DNA of 64,000 nucleotides, from positions 248,001 to 312,000 of the forward strand of contig JAAOMT010000531.1 in assembly GCA_016748015.1 (NCBI GenBank). Reading direction: 5' to 3'. The translations under genes and the position numbers were made by a program. Positions 1 through 14,000 of this stretch are shown here, piece by piece. Numbering within the stretch: position 1 is the stretch's first letter; every line of letters starts with the position of its first letter. The stretch is from Geosiphon pyriformis uo1 (Eukaryota; Fungi; Glomeromycota). The notes beneath the pieces are model-generated. The model did not search any database. It saw nothing but the letters and a program-made list of their open reading frames with translations, and had not been told where the DNA came from.

Positions 1-228
1 AAAGAAGAGATTGCCACATTCGTCTCCGTAGCAACAGTTGCGAGCCACAACAGCATCAAGAGTATCGAGTATTCTTGCAAATGTCCGCTTTGTGTGATGA
101 GTTGGGTGAAAGCGCGGTTTCGTAGAGGGAAGAATAGAAAGAAAAAATATCGAAAGCAAAAAACAATTGTTACGTCTGTGATTTCGGAGCCAGAGCCAGA
201 GCTGGAAATGGAACCTTTGGGAAAATGA
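1..228 (+). CDS. 3' end of an unidentified protein-coding gene (partial, runs off window start)
   Basis: Frame 1 is open from base 1 to TGA at 226-228 (KEEIATFVSV...CKCPLC...RRGKNRKKKYRK...EPLGK*). GC and CpG content are gene-like, unlike the TE regions. Confidence 0.5.
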   Translation, partial: KEEIATFVSVATVASHNSIKSIEYSCKCPLCVMSWVKARFRRGKNRKKKYRKQKTIVTSVISEPEPELEMEPLGK

Positions 229-1765
229 TTATTGGCTCTTATCGAATCAATGATATCAATTTTAATGACGAAGATAAATTTATATCCACCATTTAATTAA
301 ACAATGTTCCTTCGAACTTTCCTCTTTGAGATTTTGAACCCAGACACATTCTTTTTTGTGTTCAAACAATTCCTATAATATGTATACCATTATATATAAC
401 AAACTTTATTAATTTGTAAAACTCAACCTACTCTTATAAATAATTTCACGCAAATCGACAGATTCTTCTATTGTATTTTTTGTATATAATTCTATTCTGT
501 CGGATTTCTCTTAATTTTTTCTTGTATACAACAAATATCCACTTTGCGCTTATCTAAACGGTTAGGAGAAGAGAAATTTCTACTTCCTTACATAATATGA
601 TCACTTGGGGCATAATGCCACAAAAAATTTAGGGCTTTAATATTTTACATATCACATGTACTTTGTACCAATGCAATGTACTATTTAGGCTATTTAGTAT
701 TAATTTGAACGGGTATGTAAGTTTCCAAAACCTGGTGTTTTCAAGTAAGTCTTTTTTTTGTTGAATTGATTTTTTGTCGGCCACAGGAATTTTGTTGTCT
801 CCAAAACAAAATATGAATATATAATGTCAATTGGTAAGTTTCAAAATTAAAGTAATATTGTCAAATATAAAAGATGAAAAGTTTTTGTTTTTTTATGTAA
901 ATATTTAATTAATTTGACATGAATAAATTTGAAATCAAAAATATTATTATAAATAAAAATATATAAAAATTAAAAAATGATTTTTATATATGAATTTTAT
1001 TTATATATTTTTAAAATTTTGAATATTTAAAAAAAAATTATTCATAACTGTAATTTTTCTGGTCAATAATTATTTAGCTCTGAAAAGGGTTATTTTAATG
1101 GTTTTAAAATCTTAAAGTTTTTTAATTAAGTTATTTTTAAGCTAATTGTTTTTTTAAAATAAATTTTGTTAAGTGCCTACAATATTTTAATTTTTTTAAT
1201 CATTTTATGCACATTTTGATGATAATAACTTTTTCAAATGACAAAAATAACATCTTAAAAAAATTTAATAACGATGGTGTTTTTTAAAATTTACCTAAAA
1301 ACAAGGGTGCAAGATTTTTAAAAAACAACAAAAGAGCAGAATCATTCAACATGACAGTATGATTATTTTCCAAATTAATCAACTTGGGAAGTAAGATAAT
1401 ACGAATGATTAGTCTTAATTCAAGAGTGAGTTAATTTATCTTTAATTTCAAAGAATTGCAAATTATTGACCATTCTAATTCGAATCCTGTACCTTTTACT
1501 CTTTAAATTAAGAATTTTTAAAATTCTAACAATGAGAAATGAATTCCAAGGATTTTAAGAAACCAATTATGTTTTGGTTATTGGCATAATTGAGGTCATT
1601 TTTTTTCAGAATATTTTTATTACTTTTCCGATGGATCATAAATTCCTTTTGAATATTGACTATAGGATAACATCATATTATATTAAGAAATTAAAATTTG
1701 GGATTCTAACCTGAATTGTTATCACAGAAATTTTTAATTAATTAAAATTATCTTTACAATAAATC

Positions 1766-1838
<73 letters not shown>
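1766..1838. repeat. (AAT)n microsatellite, about 24 units
   Basis: Perfect AAT run read directly. Confidence 0.95.
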
Positions 1839-1839
<1 letters not shown>

Positions 1840-2291
1840 CTTTCAATTTGTATTGTAAATATTTATTTTTTGCCAAAGTCTCTGTAAACTTGATATCTTA
1901 TTCTGGTACATGTATAACCTTTAGCATAACTAGAATCCCAAACATACAATATGAAAAAATAAAATTCCCGATCCTACTATTAATAAATTTACAAAAGAGT
2001 ATTTGTCTTAAAATACATTCATTTCTTAAAATTTTTCAAAATGATAGATTTACTTTTTTAAAAATATTGTTTTTGGTTTGATTTAAAAACTTGATTTTTG
2101 CTTATAATTGCGTTAAATTGGTTTATTCAAAAAAATCCCGTTTTCTTTCCACCAATAGAATAACAATGACTTCACATATCTGAGAGAATTCTCCAATAAT
2201 AAGTGATTCCCAAACCATAATTGAGCATAAAAGGTTTGAATACACCTCAACTAGGCATTTCCTGAAAAAATTTCCCCTCCTTTTCTTAAAC

Positions 2292-3576
2292 CTAATGTGA
2301 AGAGCCAATTTTTTTTTGGACTAACATTCTTTGGAATTTAAAACAAGAATGATATTCTTCGATTTCTTTCATATAATCGTCAAACAATTTCTGATATTCT
2401 TGGGCTGAGATTTGTAAAAGTTCAAACATGAAAGGGCCTAACACTTTCAAGGCATGTTTGAGATCATTTAGACATGTTTGGCCTAATTTTCCTCCCCAAT
2501 TTCCACAAGGAATCATTATTTCATCTTTTCCAATGTTTTCCCATTGTGATTCATCTAGCCAGTCCGGTAAAGCTTCTATAAGATCAACTTCAAACCCTCG
2601 TGATTCAAGTTCATCAAAGGCTGAAAAGAAAATTTTCAAAAAGGATAAATGTTAAATCTTGATATCGAATCAGTTTTTCGCAAGAACCTCAAGCTGTCTT
2701 ACTTCGTAACCAAAGTTTTTTTCCATTAGGTCCGATATTGAATAGTTTAGTTGGATATTCGGCTACTTCAACATAGCCTCCTTCTTTTATTATCCTGAAA
2801 ACTTCAGGGATTACAATATTTTTCCATTCTTCGATTGTGAATACAAGTCTTGCATTTCGAATGAAGATAAAATCCATCGAAGAATCTTCAAATGGTAAAA
2901 TTTCCAGTGCATCATGTTGAATGAATGTAACATTTTCTGGTTTGATTTCTTTTGGAAAATTTTCTCGAATATCTACACCATAAAATGAACAATTTGGGAA
3001 ATCATTCGCCATCTCAAACAACCAGGTTCCAACACCACAGCTAAGGATGCAAACAACCTGTGAATGGTACAATAATGACAAAAATCCATTAAACTTGAAC
3101 ATGAAATCAAAATTACTCACCAAAGGTCAAGTACTTGTGCACCTTTTCTCAATTCTGTTTCAATCGGAGCCGAAAAATTCTTTTGCCATACATATCTGAA
3201 AAGATAATGACGAGCAGTTTCACGATCTTGTTCGTCATAATCATCCTAATTATATAATCAAAAAATTTAAATTTTTTTCAAATTTTGGATTTCCGAAGGT
3301 CAACCTTAAAACAAGAAAATTTCTCTTACTGGATAAAGGTATTTTGCATTTTCCGGGTCTGGAAATTTTCGCCCATCTACCACTATGAAATCTTTTCTAT
3401 CATCTTCCCTTTGCCTACGTTGATCTCATTTATGAAAATAAGTTTTAATTAATTCCCTCAACTATTACTTTTTATAAAAAGATCTGTGGAATATTTTGGG
3501 AATATTTTATATTTTTCAACATACCATTTATATTGACCTCCTTGATTTTCGGAGTCTTTGAGAATTTATTGCCCAT
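2292..3576 (-). CDS. Class I SAM-dependent methyltransferase (LaeA-like/Methyltransf_25 type), multi-exon
   Basis: Spliced reading gives MGNKFSKTPK...DFIVVDGRKFPDPENAKYLYP|DDYDEQDRETARHYLFRYVWQKNFSAPIE...VLDLCCGVGTWLFEMANDFP...GVDI...LPFEDSSMDFIFIRN...RIIKEGGYVEVAE...GNWGGKLG. GT..AG introns lie near 3246-3330, 3041-3120 and 2622-2704. The first intron/exon junction is uncertain. Confidence 0.85.
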
Positions 3577-4154
3577 TTTTAACAATTTAATTGAAATTAT
3601 TCCAATAATGCGATATGTTTTGAAAATGGATTAGTGCAAGCTTTTTTCATCCCTATTAAATCTTAACTCCTGGATACACGAAAGAATTGCCTTTTGAGTT
3701 TCCATTTGTTTAAATTGATTGCATCATTTGTGGACCTTCATCAGATAATGCTTAGACGACCAAGTGAGAAACGATTGGTAGCAAGATTAGGTTTAGTGTG
3801 AGACACTAATGCAAACCCATGCATCATCTATTTATGATTGGTTCGAACACCAATTTGAATTGGGACTCCCGCAAAAATTTTTTCAGAGTTTATAAAAATT
3901 TTATTCCTATCATGTTATTTGATAATCCTATCCAATTTAAATTTGTGTAAAAAAAGGTTGTAGATCTCAAGGTTAAATTTAAAATATGATACTTATTTTA
4001 GGATAAATTAAAAAAAACAATACTCAACTTTATTAATAAGGTTCTATGTCTCCCGAAAATAAGTTCGGAAAAATTGAATACGATCATCTTCGATTCATGT
4101 GTAGATCAACTCACTTTTTTTATTGAAAAAATGTGATTTTCGGTTATAGAGTAA

Positions 4155-4226
4155 GGCTCAATGGTCTAGTAGTATGATTCTCCGTTCGGGTCGGAGAGGT
4201 CCCGGGTTCAATTCCCGGTTGAGCCC
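4155..4226 (+). tRNA. tRNA-Pro(CGG)
   Basis: Acceptor stem GGCTCAA/TTGAGCC plus C, anticodon stem CTCCG/CGGAG with loop TTCGGGT, T-arm CCGGG-TTCAATT-CCCGG, and a downstream TTTT Pol III terminator. The D-loop has AG instead of GG. Confidence 0.92.
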
Positions 4227-4924
4227 CGTTTTGCCTATAACTAGGACTTTTTTTGGAAAATTATTGGTGAGAACGTTGCTGTATTTGAAAATGTCTATGA
4301 GTGGGGGACGTAGTAATTTTGATAACTTATTTCTCAAGGTTTGATACATTTACTTTTTTACAATTCTTAATTAAATTTTTGAAAGCTGTTTATATAACAA
4401 CTTTGAAAATTCGTATTAGAAAATAATGAAGTTCGCTCAGAGCAAGAGACATCAACAATTCAATTTTGAAAAGCCTGAAGGAATTTAAGAAATTTTCAAT
4501 TCTAATTCCAAACAGGGAAATTGCCTGATTTAATGCGAATAATTGTTTAAGGCCAAAAGCTAGATGAGGGCAGTGGTAAAAATTTTGAAATAAATTTTTT
4601 GACCCGTTTAGAATAATTTGCTAATAGTAGAATAAAAGATAACTATATATATAATTGATATAATTGATATAATTAATAGGCTAATATTATTATTTTTAAT
4701 TATTGGTTCAATATAAAATTGCAATTTTTATTAATAAAATATATTGCTTCTTTACTTTTTAAAAACAAAAATGTTGGTTTTTTTCTTTATGAAATATTCA
4801 TATATTTTAAAATTTTGATCACTACCAAAATTTTTAAGTCATTTAACCATTTTAAATTGACTCTTAAGAAAATATTTTCTAATTTTCAAAATAATATGAT
4901 TTTTATAATAATTTTAAACTATAA

Positions 4925-4980
4925 AATAATAATAATAAAAATAATAATAACATTATTATTATTATTATTATTATTATTAT
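4925..4980. repeat. Abutting (AAT)n / (TTA)n inverted microsatellite
   Basis: aataataataaaaataataataa-c-attattatt...tat read directly. Confidence 0.8.
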
Positions 4981-5899
4981 GCAGTAAAATATTTCACTAG
5001 GAAAACTTCATAAAATTGACTTAATATTTGTCAAGTTTTATTGAATTAAATATATTCTTGACTTAAAATAAAACTTAAAATAAAATTTCATTCAAATTAT
5101 ACACATTTTAAAAAAATCAAGATTATCAAAATAATAACCAAAAATAATCGTTGCGTTTTCTTTTTTTAATATGCTGTTGTTTAAGTCTTTATATATTTTG
5201 TGTTTTTTGTATTTTTCCTGTTTTATTTTAAATAACAGTTTTTTTTTCAAAAAAAACATAGTTTTTTATTTTAAAATATTTTTCAATCTTTTTAATTAGT
5301 CTTAAATTATAATAAAATATATATATATTTTTTCACAAAAAATAATACCAAGACTTTTAAAAAGTTCAATAGTTTAATTTATTATTAAAAACTTTATTCC
5401 TGTTTATATTTTTATTTGTGAAATTTCTAATTAAATAAATAGTTCAAAAATCTGTAAATTAAATTGTTAAATTGTTATTAAGGTTTTAACAATTAAAATT
5501 AATTGAAAAGCATTATATATTTCAAAAAATTTATATATATTAATATATGAATAAACCCGAAATTTTCAGCAAATATATGCTTGCAACTAATTTATAATTA
5601 TTATTATTATTAAAAAAACTGGTTGCATTTATTATATGTTTTTTTGAATTTAACAAATATTAATTCAAAATATAAATAATTTATAAAAAAATTTGTTTTT
5701 ACAACAAAAATTAACACAAATATTATTTAATAAATTAATATATAATTTATGCCTAATAACAAAATTATGTTAAGATAATAATAATAATAATAATAATAAG
5801 TGTTTTTTAAATATAAAAGTTTTTTTTAAATATTTTTTGGTCTATAATATTGTTAAAAATTTTAAAATTAAATTACATAAATTATTTTGTATAAAAACC

Positions 5900-7770
5900 A
5901 AAAAGTATTTTTTGAAGTTAATTAAATATGTTAGCAATTGTTTTTTTGTTTGCATATTTTATAAGTGCAAATTTTAATTGTATAAATACAAATATAATTT
6001 TTGTTTTACAAATCTTAATTAAAAAATTCTTTTTAAAACCTATTTAAATAATAATTTAATTATTTATATTTGTTATTATATATATATATTTTTCAAATTT
6101 ATTAATATATTAAATTTAATACTTTATTTTAATTAAAACATAAAAAACAAAAAGCTTATTATTTAAATAATATATATTTTCAAATATAAATAAAAATAAA
6201 ACAAAAATATAATTAATTGTTTTTTTTTCTTAAAATTACTTTATATAATTATTTTACTAATAAAAAAATCCAAAAAAAATCAACTAATATTTAAATATTT
6301 TTTAAAACTGGCATTTTTTTGGAATTATTTTTATTAAAATTATTATTTAGAATAACAAATAAGCTTTTATTTTTAGTTTAAACCATATAAAATTTAACCA
6401 AATTAACTTAATTAACATATATAACTAATAATATACCAGCTTAAAAACCTAAAATTGTAATCAAAATTTGTTTTTAAACAATAGATTAATTAAAAAAAAC
6501 AGCCAAATATTTTAAAAATCTTAAATACATATTAAATTAGACTGTTGTTTATAATAATTGCTATTTTAGAATCTAAATAAATAAAATTAAGACTAAAAAC
6601 AAAAACTTATATACTATTTATTTTTAATTTAAAATTTTACTTAATTTTTTAACTTAAACTTAATAATAATAGAAATTAAATTATTTGTATTCTTATTTTA
6701 TTTTATAATATTTTTTTGTTTTGTAAGATTATTTGTTTTTTTTATATTATATATAACAATTTTTTAGACTAAACTATTTATAAATAAAAAATAATATAAG
6801 TATTATTTTCAAAGAATAACAAGCTAAATTTTAACAAAATTATGTTAATAAAACTAAATAAAATGCATATATTAACTTTAAAACTGACAAATTGTTCAAT
6901 AACAAAATTAAAAACACTAAAAATTTTAAGTAATATATTTGTTTTTTTAAAAAATTGTTCAAATTATTTTAAACATAGCAAATAATAAAAAAAAACAAAA
7001 AAAAAATCTAGTTTGTTAACAATAACAAAAACATAATTAAAAAAAAATTTTTAATTTTTTTAATTTATTTAATCTTAAAACCAATAATAGTTAAATTTTA
7101 ACAAAAAAAAACACCAAAAAAATTAACAAAAAATTATTTTTAAAAATCTGATTAAAAAAACAATTTGAGTTTAAAACTTGTTGTTAAATACTATTAAATA
7201 AAAAATAAAAATATTTTTTTGGCATATAACTTAATAAAATAAAATTAATTGTTATTTAAAAATAAATATTTATAAATTTTTCTGAAAAAAAACCAAAAAA
7301 CACAAAAAAATTATATTTTAAACAAATTAGATTAAGTTTTTTCAATAAAAATTCATATTATTAAATATTAAAATAATATAATAAACTTAATTCAAAGTTT
7401 TTTTTAGATTTAAAACAAATAATTATACATTAAATTATTTAGATACCAAAAAATTAGCTTGATTTAATTCAATAAATTTTATTACAATTTTTTATTACAA
7501 TTTAATAAGCTGTAATTAAATTAATATTATTTGATTAAACTTAAACAAAACTGAAATAATTGCTTTTTTAAATATATTTATAAGAATTTTCTTAATTATT
7601 AAAATTTAATCTAAATAATTTTTTTGTTTTTTAAGATTATTATTTACTAAAATTTTTTTTTCAATTGCCAAAATTATAGTTTAATTAAGTTTTTTTAAAT
7701 ATAAAAATAAATTTAATAATCTTAAAATCAATTTATTTATTTTTTAAAACAATAAAATTGAAAAAAAAGT
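5900..7770 (-). pseudogene. Extremely decayed LINE relic (APE region plus ORF1)
   Basis: 6250-6600 aligns by eye to the APE segments of other copies (44440-44780, 53570-53920). 7500-7770 aligns to ORF1 at 55190-55480, with C>T/G>A changes throughout. Boundaries are approximate. Confidence 0.65.
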
Positions 7771-8073
7771 AATTTTTAAGATATTTAAAATATATATAAA
7801 AAATGTTTTAATTATGTATTTTTTAATTTTTTTGGAATTTTAATTGCATAATTAATAATTAATAATAAATCAAAATATTTTATTATTAATTTAGTTATTA
7901 ATTTTTTTAAAAATTTTATTGTTTTAAAAATAAATTTGGTATTTTTTATTATTATTTTATGAATAAGATCTAAATATTATTTAATATAATACATTAAATT
8001 AAATAATCTAAATTAAGTATAAATTATGTATTAACTATACACAACTAATTATTCAAGCCAATTAAAACAATAC

Positions 8074-11000
8074 AAAAAAAAAACTCTTTTTCTTATTAAT
8101 TTTCTGATTAAGTGAAAGCTAAAAGTTGTTAGAGAAATATATTTTTCTTCTTCTTTTTTCTTTAGATTTCATAGTTATTTTCTTTAATACATATTTTTTT
8201 GTTGTTATAAATTCAGTAGACTTTTCCACTAGTGGTTTTGGTTTTGTTTTAGCTGAATTCAAAATCTGGTTTGGCATTAAAAAAAAGCATGTATTAAAAG
8301 TATTTACTTTTGTGATCTTTCATACAAAAAATTGAAAAAGCCTAATATTGTCAGTAATATGGTAGACTCATCAGCTAGACCTCTATCTGTTAATGTTTTA
8401 TAAACTAACTGTAGTGAACACAAAATATTTTGGAATAGTGAGGTAGAAAATAAAGAAACTAGTATTAATAAGATGCTTAATGTTAAGAACATAAAAAACT
8501 TGATAGCCAAAAAGACAAGTTACATGGATTTTAACACTTCTAAGACTAATAATATTATGGACAATACAACTTTAAGAAAAATGCAAACAAGAATATTTGT
8601 CTTAGAAAAACCACCAAAAGTGATCTTTTTCAAAAATTTAAGTAACAATAATACTAAAATAGTGTTGCTAGTGTTTAAGTTTGTTGGTTCAAAAAAGTTG
8701 CCATTGGTCATATTACAAAGTAAAAAAGTCAGAAATTTTGGCTCAAAAAAATTATTTGTATTGGATGTAAAATTATTGGCTGTGTTTAACAAGTCTTTTG
8801 TTAATAAATTAATGATATTAAAAAGAATTTTTTATTGTGTAGATGGTTTTGGAAGAACATCTACTCTCTTAAAATTTTCTGGGTTGATTAGAGCCTTTTT
8901 TACTTCAGAGTCTAATTTAAATAAGGCCAGAAGTTTGGCTATCAATGCAAAAATCTTGGTTAATAATATGATTAAAAAACCAAACAGTCATTTAGATTAA
9001 AATGTGATTGTTAAGAAGATCCCAGTAAATCTTCCCAAATTGGCAGTAGAATTAGTGTTCTCCAAATTTGGTAAGATAATTTTAATCAAGATATAATTAA
9101 TTGGTCTTTGACAAAAGGTCTTAGTTAAATTTGAGTTATTAGAGATTGCCAATGCTGTTGTTTTTAAGTAGTTGGTTTTTATGGGAAAGAATTCAGTATG
9201 TGTAGCTTTGGCTGTTAACAATAAACAATTATAAGTGTTTAGGAATTGTCATTAGACTTTGCTATATACTCTTTCAATTAGGACTACAGCTTATAATCTC
9301 TCAGATTTATTGGAATCATATGGTAGAAAAACTTGTTTTATTGGTTGTAATTCCAGTTTATATGTTCATAATAGGTGTGCAATAGTGTGTTTTAAAAATA
9401 AGACTTCTAAATTGGCTATTATTGGTTCTATTCTAGTATTCAAGAGTGTGAATTTGCACTGGATTGAGTTTTTTTTGGCTTGTTGTGCTTAGTGCAAATA
9501 GTTTGGTCATATTTTCAATGTTTGTTCAGTGAGTAGAAATTCAAGTGGTCATGATAAGTGGGTAGTAACTTTTCAGAATCAAGTCTGCTTGGCCAATATT
9601 TATAAAAAAAACAGACTTCCATTACTTGTCTAGTTTCTTTCAGTGATAAAACTTGGGCCCAAATTGCTGGTAATCTTTTCTTTCATGTAGTATCTTTAAA
9701 TTCTTTTGGTTCTGGCTTCAGTTTTTCTTTTTCTGGTGTTATTGGTAGTAGAAAGATTGAGGCAAACACTCAGAATGATTTATTTGTTAGTAACCAGTTG
9801 GCTTCTTTGGAATGCTCTCTTGAGCTTTTGGCTAATTAAGTATCATGTTTTATGAGAAGATTGAATAATATTGACTTGATACCAAACATTTCTGTTTTTC
9901 TATCTTCTCCTTCTGTTGCTTTTGTGTCTTTAGTCTTGAACTTTAGTTCAAATATGATTTTGGACATTTTGCCAGTGTTTTTTATACTATATTCTATAGT
10001 TGTGGTTGATATGGCTCTGGTCTTGGGTTTGAGCAGCTTAAAAGTTTTAACCACCAAAATAAGTGGTTTGGAGTTAAAATTAATAATGCTTGATGCTTCT
10101 GTATTTGTTCAATTTTGATGAAACTTGATTATTTGTGTTCTGGCTTAAGTTTTTTACTTTTTTTATCTTCTTAATAACCGATTTTATCTGAAAAGTGGCT
10201 ACATGTAATGTTAAAGATATAAACAATTCTGCAAAGCAGGGTGATATTATTTATTGGCACAAAGATATGAACAATTCTATTTCTATTGTTATTATGACTA
10301 AGTTAAAGAGCAAGATTTGTTTGTGAATTATAAGCAAGTTTAATAATATTCAGATCTTTACTTCTGGTATGAATTCAGGTTATTTGGATTCTGGTGTTGC
10401 AATTATTATGGACATGTTCTTGGCAAAACATGTGTGCAGAGTTTTTGAAATGCCTGATTGGCTTTTGTTTGTCAAGTTACTTTTTAGAAATAGACTCTCT
10501 GTATTAATTTTGGGGCTTTATGCTGGTGTTTCTATGGCTGTTTGGTTTTTTCAAGCTGATAAAATCAATTTTTTAATTGCAAAGGCTGTAAATAAATCTT
10601 TTTTTACTGTTTTGGGTGGGGATTTTAACAAAGATGGCTCTTGCAAATATACTAGTTTTAAGAAATGTCTCAGTTTAGAATTGGTCAATTCATTGGTTGA
10701 AAGTTCAATTGTAAATATATCAACTTAGAAAAATTTGAGAAGTGTTGTAAAAATGATTGATTATATGTTTATTTCTTCAAATTTGGTTAATACAGTAATA
10801 AATTGTGCTGTGGTGGATGTTGAAAATTATTTTAACACTAATTACCAGGTGGTTTCTGTTTCTGTAGAATTGGGAGGTTTGTTGGATATGTAGTTAATTT
10901 CTATATATAAACAAATAAATAAGAATTATTAAAAGTTTAATATCAAAAATGCTGATAAGATAAAATAGTGCAATTTTAAGGATGCTATAATGACTAATAC

Positions 11001-14000
11001 TGTTATGTTCTCTGAAGAGTTTGTTACATCCAAGAGATTTTTAAATCTGAATGCAATGTAGAATACTATTTACAGATTAATAACTTTGTCAGCTGATAAA
11101 ACATTCAAAAAAAAGTGATATAAGAACTATAATGGAGTATTTACTAAGAAGTCTTTCAGGTTTTATAAACTGAAAATTTTGGTTTTGAAGATTGTTAAAA
11201 CTTCTTGTGAAAAAAGTATTGACAAGTTTATTTCTTTAATGAGCCACTAATATTTCTTGGATAATGATAAAGCTTTGTTTGTTCAAAATCTTGTAAATTC
11301 TAGTGCTAATATTGATCATGTGAGATTTGTTCTTTTTGGAATGAGAAAATTATATCATACATCCAAACTTGTTGAGAAATTAAGCATTAAGTCTGCTATT
11401 AATAAAAAGATGAAAAGTTTTGCAGTTGATAAAGGCCACATAATCAGAAGTGTTTTGAAACATCTCTTTTGTAGGATGGTATTGGATTATTTGGTTGCTA
11501 ATAGTGATTTGATTTTAGATCTGGTTGAGTTAAAAATAAAATTGATTCTATTATGAAAGATTGGACGAGAAAGAGAGTTGTGTTGAATAATATTTCCAAT
11601 TTGTGGCAGTGCCAATACCTGCTATTGGCTTACATTAATATTAGTGCATATTCTGGAATTATGATCCCTATTAGTTATAATAATATAATAAAATTGGTTA
11701 AAGACTTATTTGATGAAAAGGCTGCTAACTTGTCTGGTATTACAAATAAACTTTGGAAGCATTGTAATGGTTTGGTTCTAATTATGCTTTTGGATCTTTT
11801 AAATCTTTGTTTGGTATGTGAATCTGTTCTACAGTCATGAAAAAAAACTTGAGTGTTGATAATTTTTAAACCATATGAGTGGAAAGGTGTTTTGATTAAT
11901 ACAAGACTAATTGTCTTAATTAAGACTGTTCATAAGATTTTTTTCAAATTACTTTTTAATAGAATTTTGCTAGTCTGTAGTAAGTTTAATGTTCTTTGTA
12001 GTGACAATTTTTCTGTGTTGAAAGGAACTACAACTCAGTTTTTTATCTTTGCTGTTGATTCAATGATTGAAAATACTTTGGAAAAAAACCATAAACTTTG
12101 GTTAATATTGCAAAATATGCAAAAAGCTTATAACTCTGTTGAATAACAGCATTTAAGAAATAGTTTAATTTAGATTAAGATATGCAAATGGTTTATTTGT
12201 TTCTTTAGAAGCATTCATGATAATAGAATTAATTGGATTATAACTGATTATGACTTGACAAAAAATTACCAAGTACATAATAATTTGAATTAGAATAAGG
12301 TTTTTTCTCCTCTGCTCTGAAGAATTTTTTATGATCTCTTATTGTGTAAAATTAAATGTCAGAAAAGCTTGTATGGCTATTATATTAATACTAAATTTGT
12401 TGTCAAGACTGGCAGACTAGAGGATTAAGATAAAATAACTTCATTTTTTACTGCTGGCACTTTTGTTGATAATACTATTCAGATAAAGAGTAATCAGACA
12501 GCCATTCAATATATTTTGGATATTGCAAGTAGTTTTTTTAAGATTAATAACATTTTAATCAATAATAAAAAAACAGTTACAATTTCTATTAATCAAAAGA
12601 TTAAAAATACTTTATTGTTAAGAAGTGGTTTGCCAATTTCTGTTGCTTATAAAAGAGAATTTCATAGATACCTTGGGATTTTTTTGTCTTCTAAGGGCTT
12701 GTCTAAGCCTAGTTTGATAAAGACTTACTCAGTTATCAGGTTTTTTGTTAATTTGGTTTTGAAGAAGGCTATCTTGGATAAACAGTTTCTTTATCTGGTC
12801 TCAGTTATATTGCAACTTATTATTAGTTATAAAACTTAATTTAGTTTCATTTCTAAAAGTGTGTGTATTAAGTGGGATACACTTATTAGAAAAAATTTAA
12901 GAGTAAAAACTGGTCTACCAAAAGACTTTTCCAATAAGGCTTTTTATTATTCTTCATTATATGGCTTAAAATCTTTTGAACAGTTGCAGGCTGAGTATAA
13001 AATGGCTTTTGTGTTGAGTTTTTTAAATGCTAGTGGGCTTCTTGATCACTTGTTCAATCACAGATTTTTAGATCTGCAGATTCTAAGTTGATTATCTATT
13101 TACTCTTTGTGTTATCTTGTAAAACTGTATATTAGTCTAATTAATAATTTTTTGGCTGGTGTAGTTAGGCTTTTTTTGAACTGTAATATGTCTTTTGGAA
13201 ATTTTTTTATGACTGCATTCTGCTTTTTTGGTAACACCTTGATGTTTTTTGTTCTGGACAATTTGATGTTTTACAATGTTTTACATTCATTTAAAAGGTT
13301 TGGAGTCGTTTTTGTTAAACAGTTATACAATAAAAAGAGTTTGGTTTTTGATTAGAAATGTTTTTGTTACTAAAAAAAATTTGATCCAAGAGGTTTAGTT
13401 TCCCATTAGTTTAATTTTGCATGTGATTTCTTGGTCAAATTTTTTCTCTTGGCTGTTTTACTTATTAATGACTTTTGGTTTCTGAATATTTGTGGCTCTG
13501 GTAATATTTCATGGTTAAAGCATTGTTTTTTTGCTGCTAGTTTGGGTGTTATTAGTGTCTACATAAATAAATCTTTGAAAAATCTGGTTATATATAAGAT
13601 AAAATATGGTGCAGCTGCATATTTCTTTGATTTGAATTTGGGTATTGGTGTTAAGGTTAATGAGTTAATATTCTCTACAATGGCAGAATTGTAGATAATT
13701 ACTCTGGCTTTAGAGTGTGTTGTAATATATTCAGACAGTCAAACTGTCTTGAATGCTTGTGTTGCTGAATTGATTTTGGCTTTGCTGGACTTTTGGAATT
13801 GTTGTTGAATAGAGTAATGAAGTGTAGTGGCTTCTGTTAGGAATAAGAAACTCAACATTTTTTGGTGTAAAATTAAAAGACATTTAGGTGTTTTGAGTAA
13901 TGAATACACTAATATACTAGCTGGCTTGGCTGCTGGCTCAGATTTTGTGCTTTCTGTTCTAATTGAGAATAATTTTATTAAAACTGACAGAGTATTGGTA

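Noticed and set aside
4158-4349. 63-aa minus-strand ORF
   Set aside because: Antisense shadow of the tRNA-Pro gene.
4719-5000. Hydrophobic I/L-rich ORF resembling a membrane peptide
   Set aside because: Produced by AT-rich DNA and the AAT/TTA microsatellite.
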